A stretch of 64,000 nt of DNA from the NCBI RefSeq assembly GCF_018350175.1, contig NC_058368.1, forward strand, positions 6,138,001 to 6,202,000, given 5' to 3'. The notes beneath the pieces are model-generated. The model saw only the letters and a list, made by a program, of their open reading frames with translations. It searched no databases and was not told the origin of the DNA. Position numbers and translations under genes: made by a program. This stretch comes from Felis catus (Eukaryota). Positions 12,981 to 25,278 of the stretch are shown here, one piece after another; the first letter of the stretch is position 1; every line of letters starts with the position of its first letter.

Positions 12981-13200
12981 TTTTTAATGTTTACTTATTT
13001 CTTTATTTTGGGAGAGAGGGAGGGAGAGAAAGTGCACAGGAGCAGGGAGGGGCAGAGAGATAGAGGGAGAGAATCTCAAGCAGGCTCCATGCCGTCCTCA
13101 CAGAGCCCAGTGCAGGGCTCATTCCCACAAACTATGAGATCGTGACCGGAGCCAGGATCTAGAGTGGGACACTTAACTGACTGAGACACCAAGGTGTCCC
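12981..13200 (-). mobile_element. CanSINE
   Basis: Antisense SINE with imperfect TSD cacat(g/t)tactg. Confidence 0.9.
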
Positions 13201-14030
13201 CACATTTACTGTTTTAAGCAGGGATTATACTGGTGAGACATAAACTGTAACATGCTCAGCAATTTTACTAAAGTTTTCCCACTTTCCTAAACTGTTAGAG
13301 AACTGAGTTCTCTAACCAATTTGTCCTTAACATAGTATATAATTTTATGTAAAATTTTTCCCAGGTTTCTTTTGTGGACCTCTGATGCCACAGAGAAACT
13401 GTCCTGAGAACACCAGAAGCTAACTTGGGTGCTTACTCAGATTTCTCCCTAACACCCTTCTTTTTCCAACTCTGGAGATAATTGCTGGCATCGTGCAAAT
13501 GGACTTTTCGTATCATGAGGGCTAAAATCTTGGTAAGAGATACCTATCTACCATAACAATCAGCCAGGGCACATTCTTTAATCTTTTTTTTACCTCTGTT
13601 TTAAATGCGCTTCTATCTTTATAATAGTTATCTTTTTAGGAAACGTTAATGCTGAAGTCAAGAGCTCTCACCATTTCCGAGGCATTCCACAATTATGGAC
13701 TGCCTCAAAAGCAGATGTGCTCTGAACTTACATGTATTAACCCTGTTAATGCCAATTAACCTGTTCACTACCTAGCAAACTCTGGTGAATTCATGGGGAA
13801 TTCTGCCAGTTGGGTGTATCTTGCCTCTGGCAAAGGAGTCACATTCTAGGGGTGAGTTTGAGATCTGTTGCAGCATATTCTGCCTACTATTTACTTGTTT
13901 TAGTCTTAAGATTGACCCGTCAACAGTGAAGATTAAGTCTGAATTTTCTAGGGGAGTTTCTGTAAGTCTATTTAGGGCATGGTTTGCCAGTAGAGAGTAG
14001 TTTCTCCTTTTTTAGGGAGGAGAAAAGTAG

Positions 14031-14223
14031 CAGAGATCAGCAAACTTTTCCTGTAAAGGGTCAGATAGTAAATGTTTTGGGCTTTGTGGGCCATATAACA
14101 GTCTCTGTTGTGTATTCTTTTTCTTTTCTTTAATAATAATTTAACAGTATAAAAATCATTCTTAGCCGATAGGCCATGCTGTGGGCTGAATTTGGCTCGT
14201 GGGCCATAGTTTACTGACCCCTT
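14031..14223. mobile_element. MER58-type hAT-Charlie MITE nested in ERV pol
   Basis: cagagatcagcaaacttttcctgtaaagggtcagatagtaaat...ggccatagtttactgacccc, with terminal inverted repeats. Confidence 0.85.
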
Positions 14224-17200
14224 GAGTATTACCATGAATGGAAATATGTGAAGGGTAAAGCAATAGGATTTTATAGGAGCTAAGCCTCCTTGCTGAGACA
14301 TGTTCTGTCTTTGCAGTGAGCAACAGAGATTGTACAGTATGAAGGACCTTGGGGTTAGAAGAAGATCCTTAAATTAAGTGGACAAAAGCCTTTACTGTGG
14401 CTATTTTTAGACACACTGGGTAATCTTTTACCACAGGGTCAAGAGAAACTTTAGTAACCTCTTGATCTCTGATGATTCTCATCAAGTGAAGTCAGAACAC
14501 TAAGGGCTTGTTCAGATCTCTCATGGATGAATAGATGGAAATTTTTATGATAACTAACTCAGAGTAGGAAGTGACTGAAGTGCTCTTTTTTATCTAATAA
14601 AAGATCTGTACGTGTTTAGGTTTCCAGGGAAGAGCTTTGGTTATTGAGGAGGTCTTGGTTAAATTGTCAAATAATCATACTGTCACGGAAAAGTGGGAAC
14701 CCATTGCCTGCAGTGGTCAGTGAGATCTAGGAATCTTTGTAATTGTCTCTTAGTTTCTTGGAGAGTTTTGAACAATTTATAATCTGTCAAGAATAAGGGA
14801 TTTATCTCCTTTGGATAAATGATGTGCTAGTTAGTGTACTTTAATAAAGTCATAACTTCTCTTTGGAAATCTATGTCCTTTCTGAGATACAACAGAAAAA
14901 ATGCAATCAGCCTTGGGGCTTACCTCATCTTTCAAACATGACAAAAGATCATCCACATATTAGACTAGGGTAGAAATCCAGGGAAATTTAAGATCCTTGA
15001 GGTACAGGTTGAGGACTTACTGCAAAATTGGAGGGTGCCCCAGTATATACCTAGGGCATAAACGTCCAGATATACTGTTGATTTTCCCAAGACGAACAAG
15101 TATTGACTGTTTTGATCTAAAGAAACACTACAGAAAGACACAGATCTGTAAGTGGCAGGGGGCAGTGAAGATAAAATACTCTGTTGGTTTGGTTTTGTTT
15201 ATAAATGAGGTAGGTGGGGGACGTGAATATTCTGTTTCATATTTTTTAATCACGAAGATGGGAATATTACAAGGATTAGTGTGAAGTACAGTGAGTCCTT
15301 TCCCTATAAGGTACTCAGTTGTTTTTAGCCCTTCTTTTAGCTGCTGCTTTAGGGAGTACTGTCCAAATGTGGGTACGTATTTGGATGGGTCAGTTGAGTC
15401 TTGGTGGGTTCAGCCCCAATAAATCTGCCGATGTCAGTAAAATTTTTGTTTTTTGCAAGAGGCATACTTCCTAGAGATGTTCAAGTTGGGTTTGATTTAA
15501 ATAAAGGGACGCCAGTAAATCCATGTCCAAATTAGCTATGACCTGATGGAAAAGGAAGACCTCAAGGATTTTGAGGAAAGAACCATTAGGAGAGCACTTC
15601 AGATGGCAATTCCTTTTGCACAGTAGGTCTTTCCCTATGAAATCACTCGGAGTGACATCAAAAAGGAGGAAAAAATTACTCCTTTGTCAGAGGTCTGCCA
15701 ATGAGTAGAGAGTAGTGGTACGTGAGAATGTCTGAGGGTTACTGCAGATGCCATCAGCAGAGTAGTTTGTCAGCTCCAAGGCAGAAGTTCTGTAACAGGG
15801 GTAGGGTTTAAGGTTTTTATAGCATCAGTATTAACACAGAGTTTGCAAGGTTGCCCTTTACTATTTAGAGAAATTTCTCCTCTTGAGTTTAAGGATAAAA
15901 TAGCATATTCTCCATCACCTTACTTACCTTACTCACCTCACCTTACTTACTGACTTTTATTTTTTTTCCTTCCCTTTCTTAGCAGTGACAGAACTATTGT
16001 TTTTCCATTTCCTGTCTGATTATAGTATCTGCAAGTGTCTACCAGGAGGCTCACTTTATTAACTTAGAAGTTCTACCCTCTTGGTATTCCTTAATGGTTG
16101 TGCTAGATATTAAAACATGCATTTTGACTCATCAACGTATAATATTAATTGGCACATTTACTCTTTTTCCAAACAAAGAATATTAGAATGTTTCAAATCC
16201 ATTTACTCCTCCCAACCCTGACTTAATTTGACCATGTTGTTGTATCTTTTAATTCTGTGTGTTTGATACCCTACAAGATACTATCATTATTGTATACAGT
16301 CGATATTCATTTAGAAGTACTATTATCTTTACCATTTCTCAATCTTTCCTGCATTATTGTACTTCCTTTTTGGATCATTTTCTTACTACCTGAAGAATAC
16401 CCTTTTTACTTATGCTACTGTGGTTCATAATGCTTCTTGAATCTGTAATTTGCTGTCATTCGTTTCAGAAAATTCTCAGCCATTGTCTCCTTAAATAGTA
16501 TTTGTGCCCCCTCCCCCTTATTTCTCTCCCCTCTCCTGATGGGATTTAGTTATGTTAGCCCTTCTCATCTGTATTATCCATGTCTCTTATCCTCTCCTTC
16601 GTGGTTTTCATTTTATCATTCCGGTCTTTATTTTGAGTATTTTCCTATGATACCTCTTCCAATTCATTAATAATCCCTTCTGCTGTGCTTACTGTGCCTT
16701 TAAGTCCATCCATTGTGTTATTAAATGCATTTATTTTTTCAGTTTTATGATTTGTTTTCTCCTCAGAAGTCTGTTGTGTCCTATTCTTGGGCTTTGAGAC
16801 TCTCAGAATTCTCCATCTTTTGTTATCTTAAACATTGTTTGCACGGTTAGAGACTTCAGAGACCATCCGGAACCTCATGAGTCTGTTTCTATGGTTTGCA
16901 GTTTCTGCTAGTTGTCTTGTCTCCTCATATGCCTGGTTACTTATTTTTTTATGAGTGTAGACATCGTACTTGAAATTGTTCTTTAGAAGAAACTTACACG
17001 TAGGAGATGGTGTCTTTCAACAATGTCCACTTTCGTTAGTACCTGAAGGTACTAGCAATCTAGGACTACATTAATCTGTTTTCAGTCTTTGATATTGGAA
17101 GCTGAGTTGCAGTCCCCATGAGTCAGTAAACTTCTTGTTCATACTCACATTACTTTTAGAATACTGCTCTTTACGGTCTTAACCGATGTGCATGGGCATT

Positions 17201-17505
17201 TCCTTGTGTCCTTTCCTTCTTTCTCCTTGGCTTCAGCGTTCCTTGGACTGAACATAAGTTCTGTCTCCTTAGCCCTGCAATGTTACCCAAAGCATCACTC
17301 AGCTCATCAGTAGCCTCGTTGTAGGACTAGCTTGTTAATTATTTACTTTTTATACCATGTAAGTAAGTTAATTTTATTTCATTACGGTTTTTCTTAGAGT
17401 CACATGGCATTTATATTCTCTCTTTTTTTGTTTAAATAATTGGAATCCTTTTTTTTTTTTTTTTTCTTTTCAAATGAAAGGTTATGTAGAAAAGTAAAAG
17501 GCAAT

Positions 17506-18127
17506 GGGAATGCAAGCTGGTGCAGCCACTCTGGAAAACAGTATAGAGGTTCCTCAAAAAACTAAAAATAGAACTACCCTACGACCCAGCAATTGCACTA
17601 CTAGGCATTTATCCAAGGGATACAGGTGTGCTGTTTCGAAGGGACACATGCACCCCCATGTTTATAGCAGCACTATCAACAGTAGCCAAAGTATGGAAAG
17701 AGCCTGAATGTCCATCGATGGATGAATGAATAAAGAAGATGTGGTATATATATATATAATTGGAGTATTACTTGGCAATCAAAAAGAATGACATCTTGCC
17801 ATTTGCAACTACATGGATGGAACTGGAGGGTATTATGCTAAGTGAAATTAGAGGAAGACAAAAATCATATGACTTCACTTATATGAGGACTTTAAGAGAC
17901 AAAACAGATGAACATAAGGGAGGAGAAACAAAAATAATATAAAAACAGGGAGGGAGACAAAACAGAAGAGACTCATAGAGAACAAACTGAAGGTTACTGG
18001 AGGGGTTGTGGGTGGGGGGATGGGCTAACTGGGTAAGGGGCATTAAGGAATCTACTCCTGAAAGCATTGTTTCACTATATGCTAATTTGGATGTAAATTT
18101 TAAAAAATAAAAAATAAAATTAAAAAA
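17506..18127 (+). mobile_element. 5'-truncated felid L1 (ORF2 C-terminus + 3' UTR + A-tail)
   Basis: Same subfamily as 10521-11153. Perfect TSD agaaaagtaaaaggcaat at 17488-17505 and 18128-18145. Confidence 0.95.
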
Positions 18128-18411
18128 AGAAAAGTAAAAGGCAATAAAAAGGTCTGGTTAGGTTGAAGCAGAGCCAACGCCTTGCTTTTTGCATATTTTT
18201 CTCCCTTTACCTCTTATTGCTCCTGATCGATCTCTTTAAAATTTTAAGACCCTATGAAAGTTTAGAAAACTTACCTTACAAGGAAATTTCACATCAAAAG
18301 CTTTTAAACATATTTGAGGCATATAGGGAGATATAATAAAAAACATAATGAACTCCTTTGTCTACTTAAGGAACAAAACATTACAAAATTAAAGTTCCTT
18401 GTGTACTCTTC

Positions 18412-18947
18412 TGTGGGAGGGAGAATAAATCTCGCCTACCAAAGATAATCCTGTCCTTATCCCTGGAACATTTGGATATGTTAAGTTACATGGCAAAGGG
18501 AAATTAAAGTTTGAATTAAAGATTGAATTAAAGTTTCTAATCAGCTGACTGTAAAATAGGAAGATTATTCTGGATAATTTGGGTGGGCCCAGTGTAATCA
18601 CGATAGTACTTAAAAGTGGAAGAGGGAGGTACAAGTGTTAGGGGTGTGACAACAGAAGCAAGATCAGAGTGATGTGATAATGAGAAGGACTTCACCTACA
18701 TTTCTTGTCTGGAAGATAGAAGAGGTTTATGAGCAAAGAAATGTGGTGGTTGCCTCTATAAACTGGAAAAGGCAAGGAAACTGATTCTCCCTTACAGCCT
18801 CCAGGAAAGAATACAGTCCTACTAGCACCTTGATTTGAGCTCACCAAGACCCATGTTGGACTTTCAGCCTATACATGGTAATAAATTTGTATTGTTTTAA
18901 GCCAAGTTTATGGTAGTTTGTTACAGCAGCAGTAAGAGACTAATACA
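18412..18947 (+). mobile_element. MLT1D-like solo LTR
   Basis: tgtgggagggagaataa...ttacatggcaaaggg...ctaatcagctgac...gtttgttacagcagcagtaagagactaataca. Confidence 0.85.
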
Positions 18948-19055
18948 CTCTCTCTGATCAAATTTATATCTGTCACCCTAGTGTGGATATATCTCTCACA
19001 CTACACCCTAGTGTAACCAGCACACTGGTGTTACAATTCCTGTGAATGCCTTTAT

Positions 19056-19257
19056 TTTTTTTTAAAGTTTATTTATTTTTGAGAGAGAAAGAGCGCAAGC
19101 ATGGGGGGTGGGTTGGGTGGGGGCAGAGAGAGGGAGACACAGAATCCCAAGCAAGCTCTAGGCACAGCTGGGGCTGCAGGGCTCAAACTCACTAACCGTG
19201 AGATCATGACTTGAGCCAAAGTCAGATGCTTAACCAACTGAACCACCCAGGTGGCCC
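19056..19257 (-). mobile_element. CanSINE
   Basis: Antisense SINE with TSD core tgaatgcctttat. Confidence 0.9.
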
Positions 19258-19527
19258 TCCCCTGAATGCCTTTATACTTTTATACTGTATATATGATATA
19301 TGGCTTTTTAATACTGTATGTATGTTTACGTAGTGCTGTGCATATGTTTAAACTTCATATAAATGGTATTTATGGTAGTTTTCATTCTGCAACTTTGTTG
19401 TAAACATTGTTTTTGAGATACACATGTTGAAACATGTAGGTATACCTTATTCTGTTACTGTAAATTCCATTATAACTTGTGAAAATTATATAGGTATTCT
19501 CTTAAGGTACATTTGGATTGTATGATA

Positions 19528-19558
<31 letters not shown>

Positions 19559-19650
19559 CGGAACCAACATTTTAAAATGAGAAGAATTCACATTAAAAAA
19601 TTTATTTCTGGCTTATCCTTAAAAAAATTAGGCTATTCGTAAACAATTTT

Positions 19651-19850
19651 CTGGAGTTGTACTATCTATTATAATAGCCACTAGCCGCATGTGTCTTTTT
19701 AAATTTAATTATAATGAGATAAAATTTAGAGTTCCCTCTCGGTCGTTCTACCTTATTTCAAATGCTCAATGCTCACTCAAGGCTGATTGATGGCTACTGC
19801 CTTGGACAGAGCATAGGACATTTCCATCTCACAGACAGTGTTTGGCTATT
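19651..19850. mobile_element. MER3-like hAT-Charlie MITE
   Basis: tagccactagccgcatgtg...tttcaaatgctcaat...tggctactgccttggacagagca...acatttccatc. Confidence 0.75.
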
Positions 19851-20249
19851 GTTGGAGCCACAGATCCCTGTTGAGGGTGCATTTGCTGTTCAGTTCACCA
19901 AAGCTCTCATATCACATGCACTTTTTTGGCCCTTTCTCTGATAGAAGGTACTTGTTCAGGAACAAGTTTGCTGAGGTTTGAATCCTAGCCAGCTGTTTGA
20001 CTTTCCCAACTTGCAGATCTTTTGGTATATCAGTTTTCTGATCTGTGAAATGGGGCTAAGTAGCTGTTGTTGGCATCACACATGCTAACATATAAGAAAT
20101 ACTTAGATGAATACCTGGTGCGCTATAAGTGTGTATTAAGTATTGGTTGTCCTTATTGTTGTGTAAATTATCTGACTGATCTGTCTGGATACTTGAGTAT
20201 GCTTTCTTGCCCTTAGTAGCAAGTTCAGCAACAGTAAAACTTTCTATAC

Positions 20250-21340
20250 GCTGAATGCCCTTCCAGTGACCACCCTTCTTTCATCTTTCTTAGAGACATA
20301 TTTCTTAAGAGTTGTTTATTCCTATTACCTTTAGTTCATCACTTTCCATTTACTCTTCAGTGCACTCCAGTCTGGCTTCTGCCTCCATCATTCCATTTAA
20401 TTCTACTTGGCTAACGTCACCATTCTCTCTGTTGCTAAGACTATGGATACTTACAGAGTGAGTATCACGTAGTGAGTAAGAATTCAGGTTCTGAGTTCTG
20501 CCTAGTTTGCTAGATACATAGCTGTCAATGAGTTAACTTGCTTTCTCTAAGCCTTAATGTGTTCAGCTGTAAAAAAAAAAAAAAAAAAAAAAAAAAAGAT
20601 AGGGAAATTTTTTCATAGCGTGTTGTGAGAAATGAATGAATCATTACCTTTACAGTGCTTATAACAGTCCTAGGAACATTGTAGTCATTTAGTGAATGCC
20701 TTCTATTATTATCATGATCATTGTATATTTTAACAGGTTTCCTTTTCTATAATATTTTCTTCTCTAAGCTTTTGATTTATCATACTTTACTTGTTTTTAT
20801 TTTGTATATATGGCTTCTCTTTCTCATTCTACTGTGGGAATTTCTTGTCTTTTCTCCAAATGTAAAAGTTCCTCATAACTAGATCCTTCAAGCCTGGATT
20901 TCAGGCCTTCTCCCCCCCTTCCCCCCACTCTCTTCCTATGTAATGGCATCGGCTTGCCAGCTTCAAATATCATTTAAATACTGAGGACTGTCTGATTTGC
21001 ATCTCCAGGCCAGACATCTGTTCTGAGCTCAAGACCCATTTATACACTCATCGACTCACTTTCATTTGGATGTATGAAAAGTTTCTCAAACTGAACATGT
21101 ACAAATTTGAATTGTTTCTCTGTATTCTCCTTTACAGTTGGCAACGTTATCCACCTAATTACTTATGTCAGTAATTTGGAAATTATCTTGGGTATATTTC
21201 TCTTTGAGCCTCCAGTCAGTCACCAAGACCTGCTCATCCTTATGTTCAAAATATAGTTCTAGTCTGTCCTCTTCTCATGATCCAATCAGTTGCATCTTCT
21301 CTGCTCTTAATCTAGACCAAGCCACTGTTACCTCTTGGCT
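20250..21340 (+). mobile_element. L2 fragment with a nested MIR (~20460-20710)
   Basis: cagtctggcttctgcctccatcattcc resembles L2 RT QSGFRPHHS. Also tctccaggccagacatctgttctgagctc and ctcaaactgaacatgtacaaa. Confidence 0.7.
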
Positions 21341-21357
21341 AGAAAACAGACATAGGA

Positions 21358-21640
21358 TTTTTTTTAAATTATGTATACCATTTTTAAGTATATAGTTCAA
21401 TAGTGTTAACATTCACTTGTGCTACCATCACCACCATTCATCCCCAGAACTCCTTTCATCCTGCAAAGCTAATACTCTGTACCTATGGCAACTCCCCATC
21501 CCCCTCTGCCAGTCCCCGGCAACCACCATTCTACTTTCTGTCTCTCTGAATTGCACTGTTTTGGGTACCTAATAGAAGTGGAATCACAGTCGTTGTGAGC
21601 CATACCTAGTTTTTTAACTTCATTCTCAGTAGCATACCTT
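21358..21640 (-). mobile_element. Old L1 (L1MA/MB-like) 3' end
   Basis: T-tail, then accatcaccaccattcatccccagaact...ggcaaccaccattctactttctgtctct. Confidence 0.8.
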
Positions 21641-21778
21641 GTTAAATATCTTCGCTTCTTTTTCTTTACCATTTCTTTCTGTTCTCTTTCTCTTCTGTCT
21701 CTCTGCGTTCTTCTGCTCCACTGCTTCTCTTTGCCCTTTCTTCTGTTCCACAAATATATATTCAAAAATATGGATTAA

Positions 21779-21984
21779 GGGGCACCTGGGTGGCTCAATC
21801 CATTAAGCATCCGACTTTGGCTCAGGTCATGATCTCAACAGCTCATGAGTTTGAGCCCCGTGTGAGGCTCTGGGCTGACAGCTCAGAGCCTGGAGCCTGC
21901 TTCGAATTCTGTGTCTCCCTCTCTCTCTGCCCCTCCCCTGCTCTCTCTCTCTCAAAAATAAATAAACATTAAAAACAATTTTTT
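21779..21984 (+). mobile_element. CanSINE inserted at the start of L1 ORF2
   Basis: TSD aaatatggattaa. Confidence 0.95.
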
Positions 21985-24480
21985 AAATATGGATTAAATT
22001 CTCCAATCAAAAAGTATAGAATGACTGAATGGAAAAGAAAACAAGATGCAAATATATTTTGCCTACAAGAGACTCTCTTTAGCTTCAAGGATACACATAG
22101 GCTCAAAGGGAAGAGTGGGGAAAAAGATACTCCATGCAAGTGGAAACCAAAAGAGAGTAGGGAGAGCTGTACTTATGTCAAAATAGATTTTAACTCAAAA
22201 GCTGTAACACAAGGTAAAGAAGGCCATTGTATGATGATAAAGGGATTATATCTTTATGGGATATAACAGTTGTAAATCTATATGACCCCAACATTGGAGC
22301 ACCCAAATATATTAAGCATATGGTAACAGATATGAAGGGAGAAATAGTATAATATAGTAGGAACTTCAGTACTCCACTTTCAATAATGAATAGATCATCC
22401 AGGCAGAAATCAATGAGGAAACATTGGATTTGAACCAATGTTTTATATATATAATATATATATATATTGTATATATAATATATACTTAAAATATGTATCT
22501 ATATATAATATATATATACCATTACATCTAACAACAGCAGAATATACATCCTTCTCAAGTACATGTGTATCATTTGCCGGGATAGACCATATGTTAGGTC
22601 ACCAAACAAGTCTTTGCAAATTTAAGAAGGTTGAAATCATACCCATTATCTATTCAGACCACAGTGGTATGAAACTAGAAATCAGTAACAGGAAGGAAAC
22701 CTGGAAAATTCACAAATATGTGGAAATTAGACTACACACTCCTGAACAACCAGTGGATCAAAGAAGAGATCAGAAGGGAACTGAAGAAGTAGTTTGAAAC
22801 AAAGATGAAGTCACAGCATATACCAAAATTTATGGGATGCAGCAAAAGCAGAGGAAAATTTAGTGACAAATGCCTATATGGAGAAACCTGAAAGATCTGA
22901 AATAACCTCACTTTATAGATCAAAGAACTAGAAGAAGAACAAACTAAGCCCAAAGTTAGTAGAAAGAAGGAAATACCAAAGACAGTAGACAATATCAATG
23001 AAACTAAGAGCTGGTTTTTTTGACAGATGGAACAAATTATTAGCTAGACTAGAAGAAGGAGAAGGATCAAGTAAATAACATCAGAAACGAAAGGGGACAT
23101 TACAACTATACCAAAGAAATACAAAGGATCATAAGAGATTACTGTGAATGATTATATGCTAACAATTTAGGCAGCCTAGAAGAAATGGATAAATTCCTAG
23201 AAACATACAGCCTACTAAGACGGAATCATGAAGAAATAGAAAAATCTAGTCCTAAAGTAAGGAGATTGAATCCCAACAAAGAAAAGCCTAGTACCAGATA
23301 GTTTCCTGGTGATTTCTAAACATATGAGGAAGGATCCTTCTCAAACTCTTCACAAAAATTGAAGAAGAAACACCCTTAAACTCATTTTGCAAGGCCAGCA
23401 TTACCCTGATATCAAAGCCAGATGAGGACGCTACAAGAAAACAGGCCAGTATCCTTCCTGAATATAGACGCAAAAGATCTTGACAAAATATTAGGCAACT
23501 GGTTTTAGTACCACATTAAAAGGATCATATGCTGTAATCAAGTAAGATTTATCTCCGGGATGCAAGGATCTTTCAACATAAACAAATCAAGAAATGTGAT
23601 ATATCACATTAATGGAATGAAAAATAAAAATCATATGATCATCTGAATAGATAAAGAAAAAGCACTTACCAAAATACAACCTCCTTTCATGATTGAAACC
23701 TCTGGACAAAGTGGATATAGAGGGAATGTGCCTCAAAATAATAAGGCCATGTAAAATAAGACCATGGCTCACATCATACTCTGCAATGAAAAGCTAAACA
23801 CTTCTCTTCTAAGATCAGGGTGCCTACTCTTACCACTCCCGTTCAACATTGTCCTAGTAGAACAGTTAGGCAAGAAAAGATAAAAGGAAGAAGTAAATTT
23901 GTTTGCAGATGATATGATCTTATATGTGGAATATTCTAAAGACTTCACCAAAAAACTGTTAGAATTGGATTCAATAAAATTGCAGGATACAAATCAACTT
24001 ACAGAAATTCGCATTTCTGTGCACTAACAACAAAGCATCTAAAAAGAAATTAAACAATCTTATTTAAAATAGCATCATAAACTTTAAAATACTTAGGGGT
24101 AATTTAACCAAAGAGGTGAATATTTGAACAATGAAAGAAATTGAAGACAAATAAATGGAAGGATATCATGTTGGTTAAATGGAAGAATCAATATTGTTAA
24201 AATGTCGTACTACCCAAGCCGTCTATGGTTTCAGTGCAATCCCTGTCAAAATTCTGATGGTGTTTTTCACATAAATAGGAAAAACAATCCTGAAATTTGT
24301 ATGGAACCACAAAAGACCCCGAATTGCCAAAGCAGTCCCGAGAAAGAACAAAAATGGAGGCATCACCCTTCCTGATTTCAGTCTATCATACAAACTTATA
24401 GTAAAACAGTATGGTACTGGTATGAAAATAGACACACAGACCAATGGGACAGAATTGAGAGCCCAGAGATAAACTCTTGC
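21985..24480 (+). mobile_element. Decayed L1 ORF2 (endonuclease + RT)
   Basis: GLNSPIK, FCLQET, IDHMLGH and YSDHSGMKLEI endonuclease motifs. RT FADDM begins at 23902. Numerous indels and a (TA)n island at ~22444-22518. Confidence 0.92.
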
Positions 24481-24903
24481 CTATACTAATATGTGGCTGA
24501 TATCTGACTAATAATACTAATATGTCATCTGATATGTGACTAAGGGGTGAAGAGCCAGTTAGATCTGTGCTTTTGTAATTCCGAAGGCAAATGCTATGAA
24601 CAAGGGATGGCAATAAGGTTGGAGAGCAGGGATTTGATAACTGACTAGATAGGTGAAATGAAGAGGAAAAATAAAATAATTTCCTGATTGTGCGTAAATG
24701 GCAAACCACAGAGTTTGACAAGTTGTGAAGGTCTGAGGGCCACTGCTGAAGGTGAGACTGGGGTTAGGCCAGTGTTTAAGAATTTCTAAGCACGGAAGCA
24801 GATCCCTCTGGACTTTATGTCCTTTCATTTCACCTGCTTTCTTTCATGGTCCAGAGTTTGCAGGAGAGGGGAAAGATCTCTGAGAGATTTTGCGGGTGTA
24901 AGC

Positions 24904-24972
24904 TTTTCTTTTCTTTTCTTTTCTTTTCTTTTCTTTTCTTTTCTTTTCTTTTCTTTTCTTTTCTTTTCTTTT

Positions 24973-25015
<43 letters not shown>

Positions 25016-25036
25016 CTTTTCTTTCTTTCTTTCTTT

Positions 25037-25072
<36 letters not shown>
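24904..25072 (+). repeat. Compound microsatellite (TTTTC)n(TC)n(TTTC)n
   Basis: About 170 bp of uninterrupted pyrimidines derived from the adjacent SINE tail. Confidence 0.97.
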
Positions 25073-25278
25073 TTAAATTGTTTAATGTTCATTTATTTTT
25101 TGAGAGAGAGACAGAGTGGAGTGGAGGAGGGGAAGAGAGGGAGACACAGAATCCCAAGCAAGCTCCAGGCTCTGAGCTGTCAGCACAGAGCCCAACATGG
25201 GGCTTGAACTCACAAACCATGAGATCATGACCTGAGCCTAAGTCGGATGCCCAACCTACTGAGCCACCCAGGCACCCC
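25073..25278 (-). mobile_element. CanSINE
   Basis: Antisense SINE. An imperfect TSD tgc(g/a)ggtgt(g)aag brackets SINE plus microsatellite. Confidence 0.93.

Larger units (their letters stand above)
9474..15900 (-). mobile_element. Decayed class-I ERV internal region (pro-pol-env), provirus A
   Basis: Minus-strand translations: protease (CVNTDA ~15830; FIGKDLLCK ~15620); RT (QYSLK..EGL, NPCNIPIFVIKK, SQYLF, WENQQYIWTFMP, YVDDLL with YVDD at 14948-14959); RNase H (DLTETPLENSDLIFTVDGS ~13910-13970); integrase (FEHPQM, GFEYVVIIVCLF, LAKVLESLKLPQPKILPLVL 12556-12940); env-TM immunosuppressive-like VVVLKKATLDIIL ~9965-10010. Many stops and frameshifts. Confidence 0.9.

Noticed and set aside
24817..25230. 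137-aa ORF and overlapping Lys/Arg/Glu- or Phe/Ser-rich ORFs
   Set aside because: Translations of the (TTTTC)n/(TC)n microsatellite and the adjacent SINE.
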